A stretch of DNA of 50,936 nt from positions 1-50,936 of the forward strand of contig JBDRNT010000007.1 of NCBI GenBank assembly GCA_043810925.1, read 5' to 3'. Position numbers and translations under genes: made by a program. A model generated the notes under the pieces. That model made no database searches. It saw only the letters and a list, made by a program, of their open reading frames with translations, and had not been told where the DNA came from. Source of the DNA: Candidatus Eiseniibacteriota bacterium (lineage in GTDB: Bacteria > Arandabacterota > Arandabacteria > Arandabacterales > Arandabacteraceae). The first letter of the stretch is position 1. Each line of letters starts with the position of its first letter. Of the stretch, positions 11,461-22,900 are shown piece by piece.

Positions 11461-12222
11461 ATGTCTGAGGCCTTTACCAGGCTGCGCGATCTCGTAGCCT
11501 ACCTGAGAAGCGAAGAGGGCTGCCCGTGGGACAGGGATCAGACCCTGGACAGTCTAAAGCCTCATCTCCTTGAGGAGATGCATGAGGCGTGCGAGGCCAT
11601 TGAAGAGGACACGACCGCGAAGATAAGAAAGGAACTGGGTGACGTTCTCTTTCTCCTGCTCTTCGTTGCACGGATTGCTGAGGAAGAAGGCCGGTTTTCC
11701 TTCGATGAGGTTATGGAAGAGACCTACACCAAGATGAAGGAACGGCATCCCCACGTTTTCGGGGAACGGCAGGATATGGGACCCGACCAGGTGCTGGATG
11801 TATGGGAACGGGCCAAACAGAAGCAGAAGCCGGAAGGTGAGTCGGTCCTATCAGGGGTTCCGAAGGGGCTCGCGGCCTTGATCAAAGCTCAGCGCATCCA
11901 GCAACGCGCCGCAAGCCTTGGATTTGACTGGGAGGAAGTGGCAAGCGCGTTCGAAAAACTCAAGGAAGAGATCAGCGAGTTTGAGCATGCCTGGCAGGGT
12001 GAGGATAAGGGTAGAATAATGGACGAGATGGGGGACATCCTCTTCTCGCTTGTCAACGTCGCCCGCTTCCTTGGTATTCGTGCTGAGGATGCGCTCCAGG
12101 GTACAAATGAGAAGTTCAGGAGGCGCTTCAGCTATGTCGAGAAGGAACTGGCCAGCCGCGGCACCATGACCCTCAATGAGATGGACCGGATCTGGGAGAA
12201 GAGCAAGAAGGAAGAGACCTAG
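11461..12222 (+). CDS. mazG: Nucleoside triphosphate pyrophosphohydrolase MazG
   Basis: GCPWDRDQT, ELGDVL, RHPHVF, GFDW and EMGDILF motifs (tandem MazG domains). RBS GAGGAGG. Confidence 0.95.
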   Translation: MSEAFTRLRDLVAYLRSEEGCPWDRDQTLDSLKPHLLEEMHEACEAIEEDTTAKIRKELGDVLFLLLFVARIAEEEGRFSFDEVMEETYTKMKERHPHVFGERQDMGPDQVLDVWERAKQKQKPEGESVLSGVPKGLAALIKAQRIQQRAASLGFDWEEVASAFEKLKEEISEFEHAWQGEDKGRIMDEMGDILFSLVNVARFLGIRAEDALQGTNEKFRRRFSYVEKELASRGTMTLNEMDRIWEKSKKEET

Positions 12223-12253
12223 ATCAGGAACGATCTGTTCGCGGAAACCCTAC

Positions 12254-12323
12254 AATTGAGTATGGTGTCACCGAAATAACCATATAATTAAGTGTGGTGT
12301 CACCGAAATTGCCACCGAAATTG
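12254..12323 (-). repeat. Tandem copies of the ATTTCGGTGACACC repeat (family B)
   Basis: ggtgtcaccgaaat occurs twice plus a partial copy, directly after the Nudix stop codon. Confidence 0.8.
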
Positions 12324-12773
12324 CTAGTATTTGGCGTTGAGGTAGTCCCGGATTATCTGAGGGTGGTCAAAAACGATGTCCCGGGGCAGGTCCTGGGGGC
12401 TGAAGGCCATTGCCTCACTTGCGTCATCTCCGCCCTTCGGAGCACCCACCGCCGTTGCCAGGAACACCACAGAGACCATATGGCCGCGTGGGTCGCGTGA
12501 AGGCTCCGAATACGAGTGGAACTGCCTGTCGATCGTAATCTCAAGCCCTGTCTCCTCCAGGGCCTCCCTGATGGCCGCCTCTTCCACAGTCTCGCCGTAA
12601 TCCACGAAACCGCCGGGCAGTGCCCAGCCATGCGGCGGGTTCTTGCGTTTGACCAGGACGATCCTCGGAGACGGTTCGCCGGGGACCACTATAATCATAT
12701 CGACCGTGAGGAGAGGGTTCCTGCGCTGCCACGTGTGCCCGCACTCAGGACAGCGTTCCTTAGACAGGTCCAT
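12324..12773 (-). CDS. Nudix hydrolase with N-terminal CxxC
   Basis: Nudix box GGFVDYGETVEEAAIREALEETGL and RDPRGH. ATG at 12773 with GAGGAGG. Confidence 0.92.
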   Translation of the reverse strand: MDLSKERCPECGHTWQRRNPLLTVDMIIVVPGEPSPRIVLVKRKNPPHGWALPGGFVDYGETVEEAAIREALEETGLEITIDRQFHSYSEPSRDPRGHMVSVVFLATAVGAPKGGDDASEAMAFSPQDLPRDIVFDHPQIIRDYLNAKY

Positions 12774-12837
12774 CCAAAGCCTCCTCTCCTTCTTCTCGTC
12801 GGGCACGGAGACCCGACGCCACCGTCACACAATTTCC

Positions 12838-12880
12838 GGGGTCTGACCCCAAGGGAGTCACGTTTTTAGCTCTGACCCCA
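12838..12880. repeat. Degenerate GGGGTC(A/T)GACCCC repeats (related to family A)
   Basis: ggggtctgacccc and agctctgacccc. Confidence 0.5.
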
Positions 12881-12900
12881 AGAATACAGTGAACCCACGG

Positions 12901-12933
12901 AAAGAGAAAGGGCTGCACCGGAGTGCAGCCCCC
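12901..12933 (-). terminator. Rho-independent terminator after the porV-like gene
   Basis: GGGCTGCAC-TCCG-GTGCAGCCC followed by TTTCTCTTT on the minus strand. Confidence 0.8.
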
Positions 12934-12960
12934 TGGAACCATAATTATGTGCTATAAGTC

Positions 12961-13860
12961 CTAGAATCTTCCCGTCACAGAGATTCTATGATCCGTACCG
13001 AAGGCCTCAACCTTGTCGGTCATATACGTGTAGTCAAACTGGAGATACGGCACTCTGATGCCGATCCCCGTCGTGAACGCCTCATCCTCGACGCTGTTAA
13101 AACCGACTCTGAAGAACGTGTAGTACTCCGGATGAACCTCCATGCCGTACTCGGCACCGAGATGAATCACGAAGTCGTTGATGTCCTTCACCTTGTCGAG
13201 GTCCAGGGCAACCACAAGCCCATCATCAAGGGCTCTGACCGCCGTACCGAAGCGCCAGTTGATCGGTATATCATCGTCGCCATACTGAGACCCAATGTCT
13301 CTCACCATCATACCGGCTGTGACATTGTCCGTCACGTTGAACATACCGCCAAGATCGAGCCCGAAACCGGTCTGGCTCTCCACAGTCATAACGTCCTGGT
13401 GGAGGACCTTGGCAGTCGCGCCAAGCATCAGGTTGCCGACCTCGGTTCCGTATGAGAGCATTATGGCGTTCTCACCTATGCTCTCGTTGCCAAGATAAGT
13501 CTCGGCGTCGGCCCAGCGAGGTATGTCGCCCACGCCTGCGTTGAGCCACGAAACACCGATACCTCCCATGCCCAGCCAATGGGTGTAGGCAAAGTAATTA
13601 AGCTGCCTGTCAAAAGCCATGTTGGCTGCGTACATGAAGGTCGCTTCGATGTTCTCGATCTTCACGAGTCCTGCCGGGTTCCAGTATGCAGCTGTAGCGT
13701 CGTCCGCAACGGCTGTAAAAGCTCCTCCCATGCCGAGCGCTCTTGCACCTACCCCCATTCTGAGGAATGCACCGGCATGAGGAGTAGCAGACGCTGCAAA
13801 GGCAGAGAAAAGAACTCCCACTGTGACGGCTACTACGACCAGGAACCTTGACTTCAACAT
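12961..13860 (-). CDS. PorV/PorQ-family outer-membrane beta-barrel (T9SS shuttle-like)
   Basis: Signal peptide, FLRMGVGARALGMGGAFTAVADDATAAYWNPAGL signature and C-terminal HRISVTGRF. Confidence 0.88.
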   Translation of the reverse strand: MLKSRFLVVVAVTVGVLFSAFAASATPHAGAFLRMGVGARALGMGGAFTAVADDATAAYWNPAGLVKIENIEATFMYAANMAFDRQLNYFAYTHWLGMGGIGVSWLNAGVGDIPRWADAETYLGNESIGENAIMLSYGTEVGNLMLGATAKVLHQDVMTVESQTGFGLDLGGMFNVTDNVTAGMMVRDIGSQYGDDDIPINWRFGTAVRALDDGLVVALDLDKVKDINDFVIHLGAEYGMEVHPEYYTFFRVGFNSVEDEAFTTGIGIRVPYLQFDYTYMTDKVEAFGTDHRISVTGRF

Positions 13861-13902
13861 CTCCCTTAACCTCCTCGTTGGGGACTGTCGTCTCATGAGC
13901 CC

Positions 13903-13938
13903 GAGAGGAAGGGAGGGGCAGAAGCCCCTCCCGCCTCT
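13903..13938 (-). terminator. Stem-loop between the giant gene and the porV-like gene
   Basis: GGGAGGGGC-TTCT-GCCCCTCCC hairpin with a weak U tract. Confidence 0.55.
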
Positions 13939-13942
13939 ATTA

Positions 13943-16900
13943 TTAATTACCTCCTCTTACGACACCGATCTTGAGGTTTCTCGTCACCGTCTTGTAGCTA
14001 TCTTCGACCTTTATGTATGCGATATACGCACCGGAAGCAACAGGGTTGCCACCACCGTCGACTCCCATCCACATGTCGGTGTAGGTGCCAGCACCTCTGT
14101 ACATGTCGACGATCGTCTTGACGTGCCCACCGGCAAAGTCATAGATCGAGATCGTCACGTGAGCAGGCTTGCTCAGCGTGTACACGATGTTGGCGTTCTC
14201 ACCGGCAGCCGGATCAAACGGGTTCGGATAGCTCTTGATGTTGAAGAGATCGACAACATCAGCACTCGTGGTTATCTCAACCACCTGGAAGTTGCCGGCC
14301 CCATCGGTTGCCGTAATGTTTATATCCACAGCACCCTCACCGATATCAATTCGGAGGATACCGCAAGTCGGGCTCATAGGCGTCCAGGACCAGTCGTAGT
14401 CTGTCTGACTGAGCGGCACGTTGTCGACCAGGAGTTTGTCCGAGTCGATTCCCGCTCCGGTGTCACAGATCTCGATCTTGATCACTGAGGCACCCTCGTC
14501 ACTGACAATCTCCATCGTAGGCGGCGTCGCATCGACCGTGAAGCGTCTCCACATCGGATTCGCGTGGTTCTCAGCACAGTCAACGACACCGTCATCCGTA
14601 TGGTACTGCCTGCACTCACCGTACTCACAGTTACTGCTGGTGTAAGTGCCGTCGTACACCACGACATCGATCGACATGCCGTCTCTGAGCGTTCCGCCGT
14701 AGGCCATCTTACCGAAGGTCACCGTGTAGCCGCCCGTGACCGGATCAAATTCCAGCGCGGTCGGTGTTGCGGTGCCGAGGTAATCCTCATGCTCGGTATC
14801 ATAGTCACAGCAGAAGTCATCATCCGGCGTGACGCCGTAGATGTCGAGGAAGATGCTACCGGTCTCAACACCACTCTCATCGTCCGTAACCGTCAGCGTG
14901 AACACCGGATCCTTCATCACGTACTCGCCGATGAAGTCCACATCCGGAGCCGTCGCATCGACCATGAAGGTGTATGTCAGGTACTCGGTATCACCCATCT
15001 CGTTCTGAGCGGTGATGTCGAGCGTGTAGGTACCGGCCGGCAGACCGCCACTGATGATGTCACCGTAGAAGAAGAACCAGTCTTCATCCCAGTAATCCCA
15101 GTAGTACGACCAGCTGTCCGGCTGCACCAGCTTCAGGCACAGTCTGTTGGATGTCGGCTCGTATGAACCGTACCAGCCTGCACCGTAGGTGACCTCGCTG
15201 AACCACCCGGATCCCTCGTACTCGCCGCCGCCGGCGTCGTAGATGGTCATGTCATCGTAGATCGGGTTCCCGGCGGGACCGTCAAGCACAACCTTGATCT
15301 CATCGATATAGTCATACCTGAGATCCTCGATGATCGTGCAGAAGGACGGCCAGACACTGGTGTAGCACACGCCCTCGCCGCAAGCACAGCGCGGATCAAA
15401 GACCGGAGTCGTGATCCGGAGCGGCTTGGTCGCGGTGACCGCGTAGGTACCGGTCTGATCGACATAGACGCACGCCTTGTTGGCTTCGGTGTCGACTGTA
15501 GGAAGCGCGAAATCGACGCCGCAGTCTTCGAAGTACCACTCCTGATCATCCTGGCTCCACCAGGCGATCCTGAGATCTTCCTCGTCGTAGCCCTGAGGAA
15601 TGTCGGCATCGTCATAGTCCATACAGATCCAGCCGCGCACACCGTTCTCGAAGCGGTAGTGATCGCAATCACCATGATCCAAGAAGGTCATCATCACCGG
15701 ATCACCGATCGCGATCGGATCGTCGATCGAAGGATCAGCAATGAGTTCGGGCACCTGGATAATCAGCAATCCATCCGTGTCGTCGAAAGCACCTGCCGGT
15801 ATATCAACCGTCATACCGTCCTGGCTCACCGGGCCGCGTGTACCCTCTCTGTCCGAAGCCTTGTAGAGGTTGACCTTGTTGGTCACCGCACCCACGATAC
15901 CGTCGTCATTGTGGGTCGCGATCAGCGTCAGCGTACCCCACGGATCGACTTCATCGATCGCGAAGTGATCGTACCAGGCTGCAGGATCGTCGCCGCGTAT
16001 GAGCCCATCGCGCCAATTTGCCCACGGTGTGTTGAAGTGATCCTCAGGATCATTGTCGAACACACCGATCACGACCGGCTTATCGACGGACACGGCCTTC
16101 CAGGTGATGTCCTCGCACTCCTCAAGGTTACCCCACCTGGTGAGGCTGGTAATCTCGCTTGTGCTCGCCATCGTCACACCGTCAGATGCGATTGTGATCA
16201 GCATCTTGGCCGGGTTCTGATCGTACATGTTCGGCCTCTGGATCGGATCCCAGTCGTCGTCATAGGCAACCGCTCTCACCCAGTAGGAGCCAACAGGAAT
16301 CCTGGTCTGGATGTAATGCCACGGTACACCGTAGAGGCCTCTCGAGATAGACTCGTCGACCTCACCGATCACCGTCCATGCGACACCATCCTCATCCATG
16401 AATTCGAATCTCACAAAGGCGACGTCGTTCTGGTCGTGGTCATCAACGACCGCCCAGACGTAGCCCGTAACATCATCAGCACCGGCGATCACGGCAGCCG
16501 GAGGAATCATATCGGTAACATGTATACAAACCGCCGGAGGCGTATAGCCGAAGCAGCCCATGTCGTACCTGTTACCTACAAGATCGATACCGATCGTTCT
16601 CACAAGGTAGTACGCCTTTGCGAGGGCACCGGTATCCCAGTCTCTCGAGAACTCACCGCTGCCGACATCGACAGGGTCACCGAGGTCGAACCAGTCACCG
16701 TCCTCCGGCTCGCTGGCCTGGAGGAGATCGAGGTAACCGCACTCGGTTTCAGGATCGTACTCTCTGTACTGGAACTGGGCCTTGACGAGACCGCTGTTCC
16801 GCGCGGTGTTCATGACGGAACCACTCGGAACGAGGTCCTCACCCATACCGGAGAGCGTGATCACGCCCCAGACGTCGTAGCAACAGCAAGGATCGTCGGG

Positions 16901-19900
16901 TGTCACCGTCGTCAGTGTTCCCCAGGCATCCTCGATCGTGGTGATCCACGCTTCAGGTGCCCAGTGATCAATGTATACGGCAACCGTATCATACCCAATG
17001 TTCCCGGCCTTGTCCTCGGTCTCGGCCTGGAGCAGGTAATCACCCGACTGGTAGTAACAGAACGGATACTCACCGCAGCTGTCCCAGAGGACCGCAAACG
17101 GGTAGTAACAGTCCGAATGCGTGATACTGCTGAAGCTTGCCTGCTCAACACTCTTGTACCCGAAGACCACGCACTCGACACCGCAACCCTCACCGTCATC
17201 GACATCGGCGGTGAGCGTAATACCGTTCCAGCCACCGATCCAGGTGATGCCACCGGATTCGACCGTTGGGTCGATCGTAAGCACCACGTCGGGCACCGTG
17301 TTATCAACCGTCACCCTTATCGTCGGCGGGCCGGGATCCGGCATGAGGTTCGCATCTCTCGATACGGCCCTCAAGTCATACGGACCGTCCGCCAGCAGAT
17401 TGGTGTACCAGTAGATGGGCATGTTGTCGATGCCCGTAGCCCACGGATCGCCGCAGTTGGGCTTGGTCGTTGCGATGTGCGTCCAGTCTCCAAGCACATC
17501 AGCGGTCCTGTATTCGTAGGTCACATCATAGACCGCATCAGCGTCGAACACGTCCGCATTAAGCACGACCCCACCACTGATGCACTCGCCATTCAGCGGG
17601 TCGGTCACAAACGCACTGGCCGCACCCTGATCGAGAACAACGAGCGAGTCCGTGTAGGTCCTCGTCCTACCCCAGAGGTCGGTCAGAGTCACCTTAACGG
17701 CAACCTTGACATAACCGTTCTGGAGGGCACCCGGCTTGAGCAGGTCACAGATGTCGCCGCTCACCGGGAATGTCGCCTCGTAGCCGGGACCGGTCGTGCT
17801 TGTACCGACATGCGTCGGGTTCGCGATCAGCGCGCTGCCGCCCAGGAAGTAATCCACCCTGGCAACTTCGCACGTGTTATCAATCATCGACGTCACGGTT
17901 ACATCGGTGCCGCACTGGACATAAAGCACGGTACCGAGGTCCGTTGCGTCGAACTCGTTAAGCGTCCACAGCCTGACATCAGCCGCTGCGCTGGAGACAT
18001 AGACCGTCATCTTCATGCCCGCCGGAGCGGTGCCGAAGGCGCCGGGATCTATGAGACCATCGTCATCAAGGTCCCAGCTGTTGTTGCCGGCAACATCCGT
18101 GGTACCGAGCAACAGGTCGAACTCACCTGTTCCCGGAGACCAGGTCGAGACCAGCGCCCGCCACACAGTCTCATTTGTGTAAGGCGTGGGCTCAAGATCG
18201 GCAACCGCAGTCGTCCACGACGAGTGGAGATCAGGATCGCTGTGCCACTTGTAGAAGACCTTGACATCCTTCGTATCAACACCGGACGTAATGGTCTCGG
18301 TAGCGATGATATTAAACGGAGCCGCGACCATATGGTCGTTTCCGCATGCCTCTATCGCCTCCGGGATCTCCATCGCCATGTCCGGCGCGATCGGGTTGAT
18401 CGTGATAGTCATGATCGTTTCCTGGGTGTTACCTATGTGATCCATGACTGTCGCACGGACATCGAGCATCGTCGTCTCAGTGAAGATCGACGTGTCAAAG
18501 GCAAAATTATACGGATACCAGTATGCTCCACTGGTCGGACCGTTGAAGGTCGGGACCGTGGTCTTGGTTCCGATCGGTGTCCAGTCGGCCATCGAGCCCT
18601 GGACCATGTAGTCGACACTCACTTCGCCGACATCATAGTTCGCAGTCCCTATAGCCTGGGGCCACTCGACCAGGAAGTAGAAGTCGAAGTCCCAGTCACT
18701 CGGCCAGTGTGCGCCTTCCTGGTATGCGGTGCCGGGAGTTGTTCCTGCGGCAAGCACACCACCGGGGGCACTCTGGTCAAGGACATTGACGACCGGCCCG
18801 TCCTGCGAAGTAGTGCCCGACATCCCCTCGTCGTCGACATCGATGGTGAGCTGCGCAGCACCCGCAGGATAGTTGGTAAGATCCCACGTATAAGTGAACG
18901 CCTCACCCGGAGCCAACGACTGTCCGTCGAGGAATTGATCGGTGATATTCACTCCGCCTATCTGGTCCAGATACAGCGCGTAATGGAGCACACCCGTCTC
19001 GGGACACTCATCATACGCCCGGACGATGACCTCCACCGTACCAGCAGCCTCAAGCGACTGGGGTGAAGATACACCGTCGACCGTGAACATGGTCACCACC
19101 GGCATGAAGTCGTCCCACGTAAACATGAAGGGATCGGCTTCCCCAACCGGCTGGTGGTTGCCCGCTACGTCCCAAGGTATCGCAACGATCTCGAGGTTCG
19201 TGCAGGCTTCCATGCTGAAGATGCCCGGAAGGACATCCGCCTCACACCTGTAAGGAGCCGTCGGAAGCGTTACTCCAGCAGGGTAAGTGCCCTCGTTGAA
19301 GAGCAACTGCCACTCGCCGGGCTGAGGACCGGGGACAAACGGATTGGAATCCGCGACCCTGCCCCACCACTCGACGTAGCAGACGTCCCAGTACTCGTCT
19401 TCTACCAGGTATCCGAGGAAGTAGACGCTATGGTCACCGATGTCAGTCGGTACGCCTTCCTCCCAGTTCTCATCCCTGAACGCTTCGACTGTGGCGGTCG
19501 GGTATGTCGCATCCCCGTAAATACCCACGGTCATGGTGTAATTCGGGTCAGACATGTTACCCGCATTATCCACCGCCATCACACCGAAGTACTCGAGCTC
19601 CTCGGAGACCGAGGCATCCGATACCCACTCGTAGGCCCCGTCAAGCGGCCCCGCCGTCGGCACCATACCCGCGGAAATCGGTCCACCCAGAAACGTCTCG
19701 AGGTCAATGTTGCCGCCTTCATCCGACGGGAACACATAGAACTCCTGGACGTCCATGTTTCTCGGGTTCTTCTCATACCAGAAGTCGAGCCCGATCCTGC
19801 CGTCCACGAGCCGCCAGGCTCTGATGTCGGACATATTCAGATCATCAAAGTCGGGGTTCACCGGATCCGGATCGTCCGTATCCGCTATCATGTAAGCAAG

Positions 19901-22900
19901 CGGCCCGCTTGTCGTCCAGGCGTATACGAACGGCCAGCTCGTGACCCACAGATGAGCAGGACCGACGGGAATACCCAGAAGCGTCGCAACCGGTACGCCA
20001 GGCCTTTCGGCATTGTCATACTCGCTCCAGTTATCCGACTCATCCTTGGCTACGACTTCAACCTCAGGATGCGGCTGAGAATCAGCGAGCAGATCACCAC
20101 CCGGACACGCTTCATCCTCGAAGAGCACGCCGTCGTCGCAGAAGTCGCCCGGATTTCTCACAACCTCGAACTCAACCTCATAGACCGGCGACTGCGCCGT
20201 CAGCGCCACCATACCCTTGTACGGGTAACCCCAGTCATAGAGGTAAGCCCAGACACCCGCAACACCACCGCCCGGCGCGTCGGTCATGTCGACCGAGACC
20301 TTCACCGAGTCGCCGATGTCGCAGATACCGTTGTCATCGAGATCCGTGAAGCTGACGCTTATGTCAGCCGGATCAATAGTAGGAATCAGGTTATCGACCG
20401 CAACCGGGTCGCCTGCGAACGTCTGGCCGCCGTTGGCAGCCACAAGCACGTCGCTATAGACCCAACCGGTCGAGTAGTTACCCGCATCATCCTTCGAGCG
20501 GACCCTTATCCTGGTCCCGGGATCGTCGGCCGCGAGCTGTGCACCACCCGGAAGGATGGGAGCACCCTCGACCAACTCCTGCCCTGAGGCCCCGGTCCAG
20601 AAGAAGAAGTAGGAGAACTTACCGTCGCCCTCACCACCGGCACTGTAGTCGTCATCGACGAGGTCGATGTAGTTGGCGAAGTAGGCAGTCCCGTACTGGC
20701 TTATATCCGCTTCGACCGATGCGGTATTCCACTGCATGTCATAGCCAGGAGCAGTCGGATCGCCCATGTTGACGATGATACGGAGCCTGTCGCCAACGTT
20801 GGCTATACCGTTACTGCTCTCAAGCAGCTCGAACGTGATGGCATCCGCATTAGGCGGGCCGGGACGCTCGGTATCGACACCGACACAGTCGGCGCCACAT
20901 GCATATGTGGTATCGGCAGGCGTGGCGATCGGATCCGGAAGCACCGACTCGTTGAACCATATCGGGCAGAGCCAGACCGACGTGGTGTTACCGGCATCAT
21001 CGATCGCGGACATGAGGACTAACGTCCCGAGTCCGCCGGGGCCCTGGTCAACCACACCGTCGGGCACCGGATCGACCCTGTAGCCCCACTTGTAGGCCGG
21101 GCCACCGTCAAAGCCGAACACCATGTTAACCACACCGGCGGTACCGATTGAGGCACCGTAGTTCGAGAAGTCTGCCTCGACACTCACGACGTCACCATCC
21201 ACATCAAAGTAGACGGCCGTCAGGTTGTCGCCGCAGTTCACGATCGGTGTAGGAATGTTATCCACGTAATCCCAGAGCCTTAAGTAGGCATTCGCACAGG
21301 TCAGACTCGGTGCCATGTTATCAACACAGATCGAGTTTGAGGTGCAGTTATAGGTATTGCCTACCTCGTCTCTTGCGAAGACAGCGAACGTGAAGGCGGG
21401 ATTATCGGTGGTGCCCGCATCAACCGTGAACGAACCGGACCATGATGCACCCTCGGTAAGCCAGAGTGTATCTGCGGTCGCGGAGGTCAGGTCACCGGGA
21501 AGCACACCGATTTCCACAACGTCATCATCGACGCCGTCATAGTAGAAGCCGACTTCGTCGCCGATCGCGGCACACATGGTGTCCGCACCGGTTATCGAAA
21601 TCTGTATCTCACTGCAGGCAATCATCGGTGCGTAGTTATCGAGCACCAGGTCTGAACAGAAGTTCTGCCAGCCGTTGGTGTTACCCGCGTTGTCCCAGAC
21701 CTTGAAGTCGGCACAAAGCGTGTCACCGTCGATTGTACCTCCTTTGATCGGATAAGCCATGCCCGGTCCATCAGGCCAGTGGTTGCGGTAGACACCACCT
21801 GAAGGATTCCAGTAGAGGCTAACCGTAGTGTCGGGATAGGAAGGATCGATCGAGGAGCAAAGCACCTGGACCGAATCGATCTCAGTGTCATCCCAGACCT
21901 GGTCTTCGGCTCTCCACTCGAAGATTATTGAATCGCCGACGGTCACGATACCATCACCGTCCATGTCGCCGTCAACGCCGAATGTCTCGGGATCGTCCCA
22001 GAACATTATGGCAACGTGGTCGGCCGTCATGGTCGGCGGCTCGTTATCCACCTTGGGCTGGACACACGAAGTGTCATAAGCCGCGTTACCGGAATTATCG
22101 GTAACGAGCACGACGAATTCCTGCGTCAGCTCATCGGTATCGAGCGTGCAGACACCGGCTGCGCTTCCGGCCACCTGGATGCGGGTCTGGCCGGTATAGT
22201 TCTTATCGCCCATTACCGGATCGGCGCCGTTTAAGCCGTTGTCATAAAGGAGCGGTACAGGATCGTTACAATATGGGTTGTCCATGAGAACAACGTCCGT
22301 GATCTCGCTTGCGCCCCAGATATTACCGAGGTTTGCGTGAAGGACGATCCTGTCCCTGTTGTCATAGCTGTTGCCGTAGATGCCACCGACAGGCGCGCCG
22401 ACGTCGGCGTAACCCGCGTAGCTGGCGACGTCCTCTTCAAGCTCGCACCAGATATGCGGCCCACCAATACAACAAGCGGCATCGCACCACGGCAGCTCGT
22501 TATCTATCGCGAGCGTCGTGTCCCACTGGCCCACCATGAAATAGTTGCCAGCGTTATCAAAGATGTATACCTGAGTCAAGACTGAGTCCTGATCCCAGGG
22601 ACCGTACGGAGACGGCGGACTCGCCAGAACATCTATAGAGTCCGTTCCCCACACGGGGCTGAGCGGGTGCATCGCAGCAGCGTAATCCTGCCCGAACGGC
22701 GTGGTAAGCGTGTTGGCTGTGTAGTAGCCTACACCCTGCATGTTCGCAAAGGCGCGCCCACCGTTAACCACATCCGCCAGGTCGAAGAGACCCTCGAGGT
22801 CGACTGTGACCTGGAGCCAGTCGGGTATAGGATTACCCACGCTCGCCGGGTTGAGGAGCGACGGGCTACCCGCATTGGCCATGTCGGCGACGAACCCGAT

